Below, in pieces: positions 40,150 through 52,905 of a stretch of 64,000 nucleotides of DNA (positions are counted from its first letter, which is position 1; each line of letters begins with the position of its first letter). The notes under the pieces were generated by a model. It was not told where the DNA came from. It did not search any database and was given only the letters and a program-made list of their open reading frames with translations. The DNA lies in contig OX597816.1 of NCBI GenBank assembly GCA_951406725.2, positions 18,910,001 through 18,974,000 on the forward strand. Reading direction: 5' to 3'. The translations under genes and the position numbers were made by a program. This DNA is from Octopus vulgaris (lineage: Eukaryota).

Positions 40150-40650
40150 CCCTTTGTATTTTCAACCCTTCTAAGAGCGTAGGCCCGAAACGTTAAGGAC
40201 TGTTCACTTCCCGATCGTTATACTAATACATTTGTTTGTAGTCTACACCGCCTGTCTTCGTCTTTTATTTTTGGTGAATTCTCTCCGTATATATCACGCT
40301 CACGTGATCGCACCAGTTGGTCCTGTCCCCTCTCATCAGCTGCACCTCTCCTGCCCATGGATTACTCATCTGTTGATGAACAGTTGCTCAAATACACGAC
40401 GACGTCTGAAGCTTTTGAACCTTTTGAACATTTCGTAAATTTTTTATACTTTCTAAAATGTTTCCATGATAGATGGCTAGACACTACACATTTTTTGAAT
40501 TTTCTCTCCTTGTTTCTTTCTGTGTTTCTTTCTGTGGAGGAGCGTAGGCTCGAAACGTTTAAGACGTTTTTCACATCCAGGACTTTATACTAATACACAT
40601 GTTTATTGTCTACACCAACTGCATTTGTCTTTTTGTGTGAATTCACCCTA
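40150..40650 (+). repeat. Two tandem copies of a short repeat with a decayed HHR-like motif (third copy at about 41552-41750)
   Basis: (ctg/ttg)aagagcgtaggc(t/c)cgaaacgt..actaataca..tgtttg..gtctacacc recurs three times. Confidence 0.7.
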
Positions 40651-40662
40651 TACATACATACA

Positions 40663-40754
<92 letters not shown>

Positions 40755-40756
<2 letters not shown>

Positions 40757-41468
40757 AATGAGGGTAGAAGTTGATATTAATCAATTAAAACCAGTGGCCC
40801 AGCATATTAAAAAATCCGAAGTTTAAAATATTTTTACATACAAAATTTAAAGGACTGACCACTCAAAACGTGGACGGTCGACATGCTATATATAGACGTG
40901 AAATCGCTATTTTCCACAAAGAATATGTTCTCAAATAAAAACTCAGCACAAAACCAAAGCATTAAAAATAAGCAAGACAATTGAAAATATACGATATAAA
41001 AATGATTACCCATGTACTGAATCAGTCTCGATAATTAATATCCACAAGGATAAACTGTAATCTCGTCAGCATGGTCTGTTATATAAAATACAATTTGCAG
41101 GACTAGATGCAAAAACGTTTGACCGGAGTCTTGCATGCATGGAGTCCAACCGATTATATTTTTGTGTATCTTTCAAATGCCTTCACTTTGGCGCGCTGAG
41201 ATCGGAAAAACTACCTTGCAGCTAATAAGTAGCAGCAGTGAATTTACCGGTGAGAGAACATAATTATTTAATTTAAAATTTAATAAGGGTTGAAATTGAT
41301 ATTAATCAATTAAAACCAGTGGCCCAGCATATTAAAAACTCCGAAGATTAAAATATTTTTACATACAAAATTTAAAGGACTGACCACACATTTGTGGAAA
41401 ATAGCGAGTTGACGTCTAAATCTAGCATGTTGACCGTCCACTTTTTGAGTGGTCAGTCCTTTAAATTT

Positions 41469-41475
<7 letters not shown>
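40755..41475 (-). mobile_element. PLE-like module with direct (40760-40862 / 41285-41387) and inverted (40840-40920 / 41390-41472) repeats enclosing a hammerhead
   Basis: Repeats are directly visible. HHR at 41010-41074 (-): CCATG-CTGACGA-GAT..TATCC-ttgt-GGATA..ATC-GAGA-CTG-att-CAG-TA-CATGG. Confidence 0.75.
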
Positions 41476-41546
<71 letters not shown>

Positions 41547-41745
41547 ATATATCACCATGGCTGATCGCTAGCCACTAAACCTGTCTTATATTCTCTCTGT
41601 TTATTTCTGTGTTCCTCTCTGTTGAAGAGCGTAAGCTTGAAACATAAAAGACTTTCTCAGTTCGCGAGCGATAAACTATTACAACTGTTTGTTGTTTACA
41701 CAAACGTCTTGGTTTTTTTTTTCTTAGTTTGTTTTTTTGTAAATT

Positions 41746-41809
<64 letters not shown>

Positions 41810-43961
41810 TATGAATGTATTTATCTGTATTTATTCGCTAATTATTCGCTCATCTTGTATATCTGTAATTACTCCCTTATTTTGGTATACTTTTACTGAT
41901 GAAAGCAAAGTGTTGTATTACTGAGCCAGTAATCGTCGATGTGTAGTTAACCGCTATTTTTTTGCTAATTTCTTTGTCCATTTATCTTTTCACCTGTACT
42001 ATATAAAAACGCGATGTTGATTTAGAATCAATAGTAACTGCTTTTTCTAGCCTGGTGTTTCCCCCAATTATAATTATATTTCTATTATATATATATATAT
42101 AATAATTATTACCTATACTGTTTTTTCCATGCTGGCCACTTGATATGATCACTATGTTAAATAACTGTCTTATCCTCCTTCTTTATAAATACTTATACAT
42201 ATATCTATATATGCATGCATACATCTTTATCCTATTTCCATATAACGTTCAGTTCAATGCATGTATTGATAGTATTATCTCTTGTGTATGATAGCGTTTA
42301 AATTTACAGTCGAATATAAGAGCAGATATAAAATATACGTTATATATATGGAAAATGCTAGCTTCGAACAAAGTTTTCGAAAACTATTATCTTTCTGCCG
42401 TGGATTTTTCTTTTCTGTTTTTGTATATGAAGGGAAATTCGATGAGTTATTGAATTTCTCTTCCTTCGTTACAGAGATTTCTGACTTTTCAGCTGTGTTT
42501 CTAAAATCGTGGTTAAATTCAAAATATAAAAAAAAAGATGCTTTGTAAATATAAGCATGAGACGTCAGTATATATTGACTATAGAAAATATTCTAATTTT
42601 AAGGCATATAAACCCACACGTAACGGTGAAAATAAAATTGGGAATTCTTGCCCGTCGCAATCAAAATCACACCTTTTATTTTGTGAGTGGTGCTGACCGA
42701 TTGCACTAGCATATCAGCATATCTCTGCCGCTAAATGTATTAATTATGACTTAATAGCCGTAAATATGTACCCATATGTAAAATATAGTCTTCTTCCTGC
42801 TACTGACTATAGATTTATGATCTGATTATGTATCATTGAAACTTCGTTGAGATTTTATTATAGAAGCCACTTATCAGTGACTAGATCTGACGTCATTTTT
42901 AAACAGTTGTGCATAGCAATGTTTATTCTAACGGTGATATTTTCTTGGTAAATATATAAAAATAATGTGCTATTAGGATATATATTTAAACTACAGTGGA
43001 TTTGGCTAATAAATACGACAGGTCAACATCAAGAAATTCTTATACGAATTGGTATTTAGTAGTCATAATATTTTGAACAAAACTAATTTAAATAAAATCT
43101 ACTTTATGCTTTTAAAAGAAATGCCACCAGAATTTACCAGTATACAATCATGCAAACGTGTATGAGCTGGTTCATGTTATACACGTCTGGTAGCGGATAG
43201 CTTAAATTATGGCTTTTACTTGAAGATGTAACTATCCAGTTAATGATAAGTCAATTTAACTCAGCGTAGCCAACGCGAGAAATTTTAGGTATACTCGCAT
43301 CTGGGTCCATACACAAATGTACACAAGCTCACATAAAAAACGGCGTATCAAGACGATTAGGATGTCCAATAGAGCAGCAGAAGTTCATTATTTACATAAT
43401 ATATATTGTAATTGCGTGGCTTTTTCAGCACATTATATGCTTCAATTCTATATACGCTTTTTTTTAAAATTTGCTCGTCTGTATAGACCTTACGTCTTAC
43501 AATATTTAACTATTTACCTCTTTGGCTTAGGTGGTGGAATATAATTATTTTATTGACAGGGTCGGGTGTAGATCAACTATTAATTAGGTAAATTCATTAA
43601 AAGTTTATGACATACAGATATCTAATTGGTTGTAGATGAAATAAATGACAGATATTCGGTGTTTTAAAAGTTGTGTGATTAAGTATGTTAGGTATTAGAC
43701 ACTATTTATGTTCTGGTGCACGTTTGACACATTCATGCGTTTATATGACTACAAATACAGACATTCCACTTATATGTATATATGTGTATGTGCGTGTGTA
43801 TGTGTATACACATTTTTCTATACATGTATGTATGTACATGCATACATATATATATATACATACAAAATATGTACTATATATATATATATATGTATATGTA
43901 TGTGTGTGTGTGTGCGTGCATATATATGTATAAGTATATATATATGTGTGTGTGTGTGTGA

Positions 43962-43993
<32 letters not shown>

Positions 43994-44923
43994 ACGTTTT
44001 ACTGTAATTTCCCTAAGAAACTCCTTCGTACACATTTTTTTCTTGTTAATCCTTATACACAGTGATCCCGCATCATGATGGTCTAGCTTTGCTCAAGTAC
44101 ACCTTAGAAAAGTACACACAACATATAAAACTGCACATGACACACTTCACGAGTCTAAATACACACACACATTGAGAGACACACTATGTAGCCTTAAAAC
44201 TGCAAGTATGACTCCAACCTATGAATCCTTCACACATTGAACCGTAGTATGTATGTGCACCACACCGATAACTTACACATTCACACATTCACAAATATAG
44301 AGGGAAATCTTGCACCTATTACCAAACGTTTCTTTTTCCCTCACTCGATATGATATTTACCGTCCTCATTCCATTTATCTTCCCCCTGCATTTCTCAAAT
44401 ATTTCCCTAAACTCTCACATTTTCCTCTTTTATTTTCTTACCGTCTTCCCCAACTACCCACTCTCCAACAGATTGTGCCTCTATTTACAGTAAATGTATT
44501 CAACACTTCATTTTTTTTTTTCATTCTATCGCAAACTTTTCACACACAAAAACAAATCTGTCTGATATTCCGTTTGATACCCTGCTTTTCTCTCTCTTTC
44601 TTGTCGCTGATGAATTTCATTCTTGTAGATAAAGGTTATCACTACCAACGTTATAAATTTTTTGCTGTGCCTTATCGTATTTACGTATTTATTGTGATTC
44701 GGCACTTTCTTCATGGCTGTCCCCCATGCTTTGTATATTTACTTTTTACGGGAAGTAATTCGCTTTTCTGATTTCCCTTATGCTTCACAAGCATACATTT
44801 TTTGATTTTCACACATACACACGCACACACACACACATATATACATATATAAATACATATGTGTCTGTATATATATTTACATACATGTATATATATGTAT
44901 ATATATATACATATATATGTATA

Positions 44924-44990
<67 letters not shown>

Positions 44991-44996
44991 GTATAG

Positions 44997-45053
<57 letters not shown>

Positions 45054-45199
45054 TACTCATTCTTTGAAATATTTAATAGTGTACCATGAAATTTCTCTTT
45101 ATTATGCTACGATATATATATACCACTTTATTTTAGATTGTATGGGTAACACCATACTAAATTCTGGTGCCTTCAACTTAAGTCTTATTTTCATCCGAA

Positions 45200-45277
<78 letters not shown>

Positions 45278-47729
45278 CACATAGATGTATGTGTGTGTGG
45301 GTGGAGGTATATACATATATATATATATATATACAAATAGATAGTTAGACGGACAGATAGGTAGAGAGAGAGAGAGTGAGATGGGGTTGTCACCCTTCCT
45401 ATTCACCATTCGTTTATTTAAAATTTAGTCCTTTACCTCAGTATCTATTTATCTGCCTCTCGGCCCACCTATATTTCTATCTATCAATCTCCACAAAAAA
45501 AAGCAACGTTCTCTCCTAAACAAAACACTCCACCCAAAACATCTGCTTTATGTAAAGGAACAATATATATGTACATTCAATACATCTTATTTGACAAGGT
45601 CGACAACAGAACGAAAGCGCTAATGATAATGAAAAAAGAAAAAAGATTTTTTCCAAAATTCTGACGAGTTCTTTCCTCAATATTCAATTTCTGTACATCA
45701 CACCAAACCCTCTATACGCACATGTACACACACACACGCGCACACACACATACACACACACACACACACACAAACCACACGCACATAGATACACGTATAA
45801 ATTACTATAATAGCTTTCAAAATATGTAAAATATTCTACGAGTCTTTTATAAATACCATCGGACCAATGGATATGTGTTACAACATATAGGTGAACGATG
45901 ACAACTACTGGGCATCGTAAAAAAGTGCAAACGCTGAGCTATTTTTTCCATATCAAAGAAGGAAGACTAGAAGTCCGAATGCATACACCACAATAGATGG
46001 AATATATCATGAGCTGCTTGGATAATATTAGCAAGGCAGCTGGAGAAGTATAGACTAATCGCGAAGACGTTTGTTGTAGTCTCTTCAATGTACGTCAGGC
46101 GTACGACACATGATGACGTCGATGGAAAAATGCAATTTTTTACCGTTCTTAATAAAGTGGCATATTTTGCGTGATAAATTTTGCGTTTATCTCTAAAATT
46201 TAACTTTTTAAAACTTTCATATCACTTCATTTTATTTAAATATTCACGTATTTTGCTTAGTGGTCTCTACGCATATGAATGTGTTCGTTTCGCTATATTT
46301 AATGTTATATCCCTGTTCGTTTATGTAATCATGTTTGTTTTTTTTATTATTCATGCACAGATTATTAAACAGAAGGAATAAAGTCATTAAGTCATGTATA
46401 CCACCGTGTTGCTGTGTTTATTCTAATCTTATCAGAATAAGATGATTTCTCAGTCTTCTTTACATAATTTGTTACTTCGTGGCTCATGGTTCTTACTACA
46501 GAATCATGTGTACGACACTGAATATATTTGCTGTACGTGCAGTAAAGTTTCTTCATAATAATTCAGTATACACGGTTATTCATAATCGTTCACATAATCA
46601 CATTCACAAATACAAGCGCAAACATACACAGACGTGCACATTCACCAAAGGCAAACACTCCCTACATATGCGCATACTAGCGACATGCTTGAGATATATA
46701 TATATAGAAAGAGAAAGAGATAGAGAGAGATGGCAGTGTGAAAAAAAGATCAAATACCTACAAATATGCTGCTTATAATTATATGTATTGTTTATATAAT
46801 TATCAACAGAAAAGGCTACCAACATCCACTGCAATTAATTATACTTAATGCTGATATACTTAATGCATCGAAATGTTACATGTAACAGAAAATTTATCCA
46901 TTTAAAGTAAGTCTACGCATTTCAAAACCCAGACATATATCTTTATTCATAGCCAGCATTAATACATGCAAATATGAGTCTTTGAAGTTTTAAGGAAACA
47001 TGTAATTAAAATGAATATATTACACAAATGTATAGCATAAATTAAACCACAAGGACGTGGAAATAATTGAATTTTAGAGTAGAAATGATTAACTAATTCA
47101 TGTTAGCGCATTTACTTCGAGCGATTTATATTATTGAAAATGTTTTAAGTTAGTAATGTTAATATGAATCTTTAAAGATTAGCCATCATGTATGTTATAT
47201 GCAATGGACTTAATAACAGTAGATGGTCAATTCAGTCCATCTAAATAAGACTTGGTTATACATAGGTCATAATTCATAGTTAAATTACATCACCAGATTT
47301 TTAAATAATATATCTCAGGATTGCATTGGTATGCAATATCGAAATAATTTCTCCAGCCACGCAATTTCTTTAAGTGGAAGATAGGAATAATAACAGGGGC
47401 CTAAAATACTTCTGTTATATGTGAGTAATAAAATAAGTTTCATTTATGTTTTTTTTACAAAATAAACAATTGTAGAATGTTGTAATATATAATTTGTGTT
47501 GACTTTAATGCTTCTCAATTTTGACGTGTAACGTTTGGGAGTATACAAATATACGCACATTGCACATTTATACGGATTTCTTTACACTGCTAATCATCAC
47601 GCCTAGCAAATTCTTTTCTAAATGAAATATACAGTTTTTCAAAGTTAGAGCAATTTACTTGATACTATCTGTTCCCCATATATGTATGTATGTTTTATAT
47701 ATACACACACACACACACACACTAACACA

Positions 47730-47801
<72 letters not shown>

Positions 47802-48119
47802 GATTCAGTTAAATTGGTTACTTAAATCGAGTCACTTTGCTAATTCGGTACAATATTCACACCCCCCAAAATATTACTTGAATATTGAATATCAAATCTT
47901 TATTTCGGCATAATCTGCACACCGCAACAATATTAGTTGAATATTAAATATTAAGAATTCGTGTGTGTAGACAACATTCCACAGCCTAGTGAATCATATC
48001 CTCTCTTGGTAATTCAGACATTTAATTTTACAGAGGTATTTCCTATAGTATTTCCGAACTGCAGATTTCATGTTAGGTAAACAAAATATAATCAAACAAG
48101 AAAGATGTACAAGTGTTAA

Positions 48120-48205
48120 TTCACTACAGTCGTTTCAAGCTGCTTCATTCAATTGATTAAGGAAAATTTAAGTCAATTTTCAAGAAACAGTTCTCGTCAG
48201 ATGAA
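48120..48205 (-). ncRNA. Type I hammerhead ribozyme
   Basis: Minus strand: TTCAT-CTGACGA-GAACTGTTTC..GAAGCAGCTT-GAAAC-gact-GTA-GTGAA. Intact core, long stem II. Confidence 0.75.
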
Positions 48206-48214
48206 CGCATAGAC

Positions 48215-48671
48215 TTCGAACATAAAGGAAAAACCTGTATCTGGCAATATAACGCTGCATCATACCTCACAAGTAGGAGAACACAGTCATGGCTTTCAGA
48301 CAGTTTCTGCGGCTACAACTCCCGTGAAACCTGGCCACCTAACACCGTAGACTGCAACCTCCTTGTTTGTTTTGTGTGAGGCGCATTTGAGCGTGAGACG
48401 AACAAAACTTGAAACACTAAAGATGAACTGAAGGGGTTTCAACAGCATTTACCAACTTTAACAAGGATACTATCCAAAAGAGCTGAAGGAGACTCCTAAG
48501 TCGACTGGAGGTCGTGGTTGAAGTCAATGGCGATTTTATTGAATAAATTTATTCTTCAGTATTCAAGATATTTCATGTAATTTTGCTAAATATATGTGTT
48601 AAAATGAGATGTCAATGTTATATTCATTTTTGCGTAATTTAGTCGACAAGTTATTTACCACACACACCCTG
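48215..48671 (+). mobile_element. Decayed Tc1/mariner-superfamily transposase C-terminus and right end
   Basis: Translates, with stops and frameshifts, to HTSRRTQSWLSD..WPPNTVDCN..V*GAFERETNKT..TKDELK..RLEVVVEVNGDFIE* (WPPNSPDLNP motif). Ends caccctg|TA. Confidence 0.8.
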
Positions 48672-49176
48672 TATGTATGAATAAACTATATGAATTCAAA
48701 TCTCAGTAAATAAGCAGCAACAGCATAAATCAATTTAACTAATAATAAAACTCTGGGAAGGATACTTAAGAAATGTTTAGACCAACAACATTTTGTAAAA
48801 TATTTTGAAGAATAATTTTTTAAAGAATATATTTTAAAGAATAGTCTTGAAATATGCAATTTCACTTCTGCAAAAAAAATTATACACAAATCGATGTCTT
48901 TCCAAACCTCCAGTCTCTATTTCAGAAAATCTTTGAACAAAAGTACAAAAGTACAAAAACAACCCCAAACATTAATTGCTCCTAGTCACTATCTCAAAAC
49001 TCTAGCCATTAATTTATAACCCTAAACCTAAATCTAACCCTAAATGCTCATCACAACCATCGATGTTATTTCTCCTAAATTAAATTCATTTACTTGAATG
49101 GAAAAGTCTTCAAAATCAATTATATCTTTTGATGGTAGATAACAAAAAAATTGGATACAATTTTAAACCTGTAAGA

Positions 49177-49277
<101 letters not shown>

Positions 49278-49464
49278 TATATATATATATATTTTGATAA
49301 GCATAACAAATGCGCAACCGGTAAAAAGAACTTTCACCTAATTAAATTACTTAAATTACTTCAATTATTTGTCAGCATTTTCTTCATTTCCTTTTTATAT
49401 ATCACCACTCGTGTTCGACATCTCCTCCTTTTTTAAAATATATATATATATACATACACACACA

Positions 49465-49516
<52 letters not shown>

Positions 49517-50252
49517 GTATCTGTGTGTATAGATACATGTGAGGTTTCTTCCGATTTCTGTCTACAATGTCCAGTCACAGGGCATCTAACCTCATCCGTG
49601 TATAACCCAAAGATACTTGTACAAGCTACCAAGAAGTTGAACTGAACATGAAACCAAATCTTTGGAAGGCAAGTTTCTTACCACACGACTAAACCTTTAC
49701 CTATAAATCAACTTACCACAAAGAATTGTCAGTGATTATTGAAATATTAGGCAGATGCGAAATGCTTACAGTTAGATTGCCTATTGTTTAGAACGCTTGC
49801 GTCTAATCATAATAAAGTATCTAATATCGAATGGGCGTCTATTATATTAAGGCGAACAAAACGACTAATCTACGAAACAAATTTAGACGTTGCTACGTAG
49901 GACATGAACATACATAATATGTGATGCCGAAACATTCTAACATCATCTCAGTAGACCCCAGAGAAACAAAGGGCGTCTAATATCTGCTGTCGTAATTTTG
50001 AAACGTGTAAGTTTGCAACAAACTTCTAACACACTGTAATAAGACAGTATATCCGCATCGATCTAAAACCAGGCAATAAATAGGACAATCTGTTACTCTC
50101 TCGTTTTCTGTTTATTCTTGTTTGTCTCTGTTCCTGTCTCTGTATCACTCTACACACATACATACAAAGATATATAGATAGATACACATATGTGTATATA
50201 TATATATATTTATTTATTTACACATGTACATAGATGTTGACGTACACCTATG

Positions 50253-50299
<47 letters not shown>

Positions 50300-50399
50300 T
50301 ATACGTGAATATATGTATATAGATGTATATGTATATATATATATATAAAGGTGTGTTTGTGAATAAACACACATCGAAAGATAAATAAGTAGACAGATC

Positions 50400-50437
50400 G
50401 ACAGATGGTTAGATCGATAGATAGATAGATAGATGGT

Positions 50438-50530
<93 letters not shown>

Positions 50531-50603
50531 GGTTAGATTGATAGATAGATCGATAGATTGGTAGACACAAAGATAGACATACAGACAGATAGGTGGATAG
50601 ATG

Positions 50604-50673
<70 letters not shown>

Positions 50674-50700
50674 CAGATATATAGATAGATAGACAGATAT

Positions 50701-50766
<66 letters not shown>
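50400..50766. repeat. (GATA)n microsatellite
   Basis: Tandem gata array, continuing at 52074-52112 on the far side of the LINE. Confidence 0.95.
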
Positions 50767-50767
<1 letters not shown>

Positions 50768-52073
50768 TGTTTCTTTATTAGCTACACAGGGCTGAACACA
50801 GATAGAACAAATTACAAGGTAGAGCTTTTCTTTTGAAGGTTTAAGAAAAAAAAAAAAAAAAAGGAAGGAGTTTCGATCAAAAGGGATCGTAAAAGGAGAG
50901 AAAGAGGACAAAAAAAGGGGGTTTAAAAAAAGGGGGGAGGAAAAAAATTGATCAATAGGGATCGTTATCACAGAAATGTCAATATGAAGTGTAAAGGGGA
51001 GGACAGGTGAGGTTTACCCGTGCAAAGAAAAGCCTACGGAAAAGACCACGGTAACCTCGGTCAATGATGTCACATTTTATATTTCTTTTTTTTTTTTTTT
51101 TTGCAAATAAGCAACTCTCTGTTTTCGATTTCTGGGTTCATAGGACTATGCTCAAGGTGGCTTTGTCATTCATACGTGCCATTCTTGCTACATTCACCCA
51201 TCTTTTTTTAAAACATTCGCTAGACAAAACTTGCCTCTCTACTCTCACTTTCCTTTTCAAGTGGTACTTGAAGAAGTTGATGAGAGATTGACCAGAGAGG
51301 AAAGTGTTTGTCTCCAATCCTTTCAGACGCGTCCACCAGATACATTCTTTCGCCATAGCCACAAGGATGATGAAAATAGCTCTTCCTTCCCGTTTGAAGG
51401 AAGGAGGCGTGACAATATTGACGATAGACTCAGCTGATAAACCGACTCGTCCCACACGTGACAGCAGTTGTTCGACATAAGCCCACAGGTCGGAAATTGT
51501 TGGACACTGAACGAGTGCGTGCAGAACGGTTTCGTCGCTCTGACCGCATCTCGGGCAGGTCGGCCCCGTGTTTCTCGAGCCGTGTCTGTAGAGCTTATCC
51601 CGAACGGGTAGCGCTTCTCGGTAGCACTGCCAGGCCAGGGATCTCTGGAAGTTGTCCATGGGCCCTGGCCCGAAAGTCGTCCTGAACAGGCGGGTCAGGT
51701 ACTCCTCGTCGACGTCCAGGTTCGCCCCGAGCTCGTCGTCGTACCTCCCCTCCACTAAACCCCTATAGAATGCTTTGGTTGTGTTGAAGTCACTTAAGGT
51801 CGACCCAGGACGGCAGAGTTGCTTGAGGGCAAAGCGACACTCGCGGTGCCATTCGCCCTTCCTCGGCCTCTTTTTGATCCACGACTGCAGTTCGGTCATG
51901 GAGACGAGCTGCGGGAAAGCGTGCCTCACAAACGGCGACCACACCTGTTCACCGTCGTCTACATAGAGCCAGAGATGCCGCAGTCTCAGCGCGTGTCTGC
52001 GCATCATCAACCACGGCATGCCCAGCCCTCCTTTTAACGGGTGTTGACAGCAAATGGATCGCCTGACCATCGG
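50767..52073 (-). mobile_element. 5'-truncated L1/Tx1-clade non-LTR retrotransposon (ORF2 C-terminus + 3' UTR)
   Basis: Uninterrupted ORF 51138-52073: PLKGGLGMP, LAWQCYREALPVRDKL, CPRCGQSDETVLHALVQC (CCHC/zf-RVT), KECIWWTR. 3' UTR ends AATAAAGAAACA followed by (TATC)n. GC-rich relative to its flanks. Confidence 0.9.
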
Positions 52074-52807
52074 GATAGATAGATAGATAGATAGATAGAT
52101 ATATAGATAGATAGCGAGAACGTTGATTAAAACTAATGAAACCACAGATCTTGTGGTAAGTGTGCGGAATAAGACATTACTTGAACATATTGCCGACTTT
52201 GTTACCGATTAGGCGAGTTTAATTAACTTTTTCTTGGTCCCATGTGAGCGCGTGATTGATGATTATCCGTGCTTGTTGCACTAAAAATACTGTATGGAAT
52301 TTGACATTTAGCTTTCAGGTATTTGAGAATTTAATATCGCTCATTTAAACTAATTACTCCCATTTCATTAACTTCGCTATGATTTATCCTTGTTTCTATT
52401 TGTTAACATTTAACATTTTCGCTTTTAATTACTCCCCTCTCATGACAAATTTTAATTTAAATTCAATTAGAATTAGATTATTTAGTCATATATAAGATGT
52501 CTTAGTTTTAGTTATTTACCGTTGATATATCATTTCACTAATCAACTTTATTCTCTAACACCACTTAATTCTTTAAGTTTTCACTAGTATCTTCCTTTAT
52601 TCCTGGTTCGTATAATCATGTATATTCAAGGAAAATGTGTGTTTCGTTAGCCATCTTGAATAGTTGTAAAGTTTCAGCACCTTGATATTACCGCAAAATT
52701 TTGAAATTTTGAACAAGTGCTGTATATCTATAACGTTCTATCAATCTACAAACTAATGCGCGTGCAAACACAGATGTATGTGTGTGTGTGAGTGTGTGTG
52801 TAATTAT

Positions 52808-52905
52808 TCAGATTTATTCCAATATTTCTTGCCAATGAAGGGCCGGTTTCCAAGTTTCTAATCTTGGTCCCAGAATCCATCATTGGAATTTCAACATGAA
52901 CAACA
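52808..52905 (+). repeat. Short interspersed repeat; inverted copy at about 54110-54205
   Basis: ttcag.tttatt..ttgccaa..gccg..cattg.aatttcaacat versus its reverse complement. Confidence 0.6.

Noticed and set aside
41896-42040. CTGATGA/CTGAAGA hits here and at about 10644, 28934, 36294, 44607 and 45661
   Set aside because: No paired stem II with GAAA and NUH/stem I could be built by eye.
52074-52145. N-terminal part of the 335-aa minus-strand ORF
   Set aside because: Read-through of (TATC)n and flanking DNA, not part of the LINE protein.
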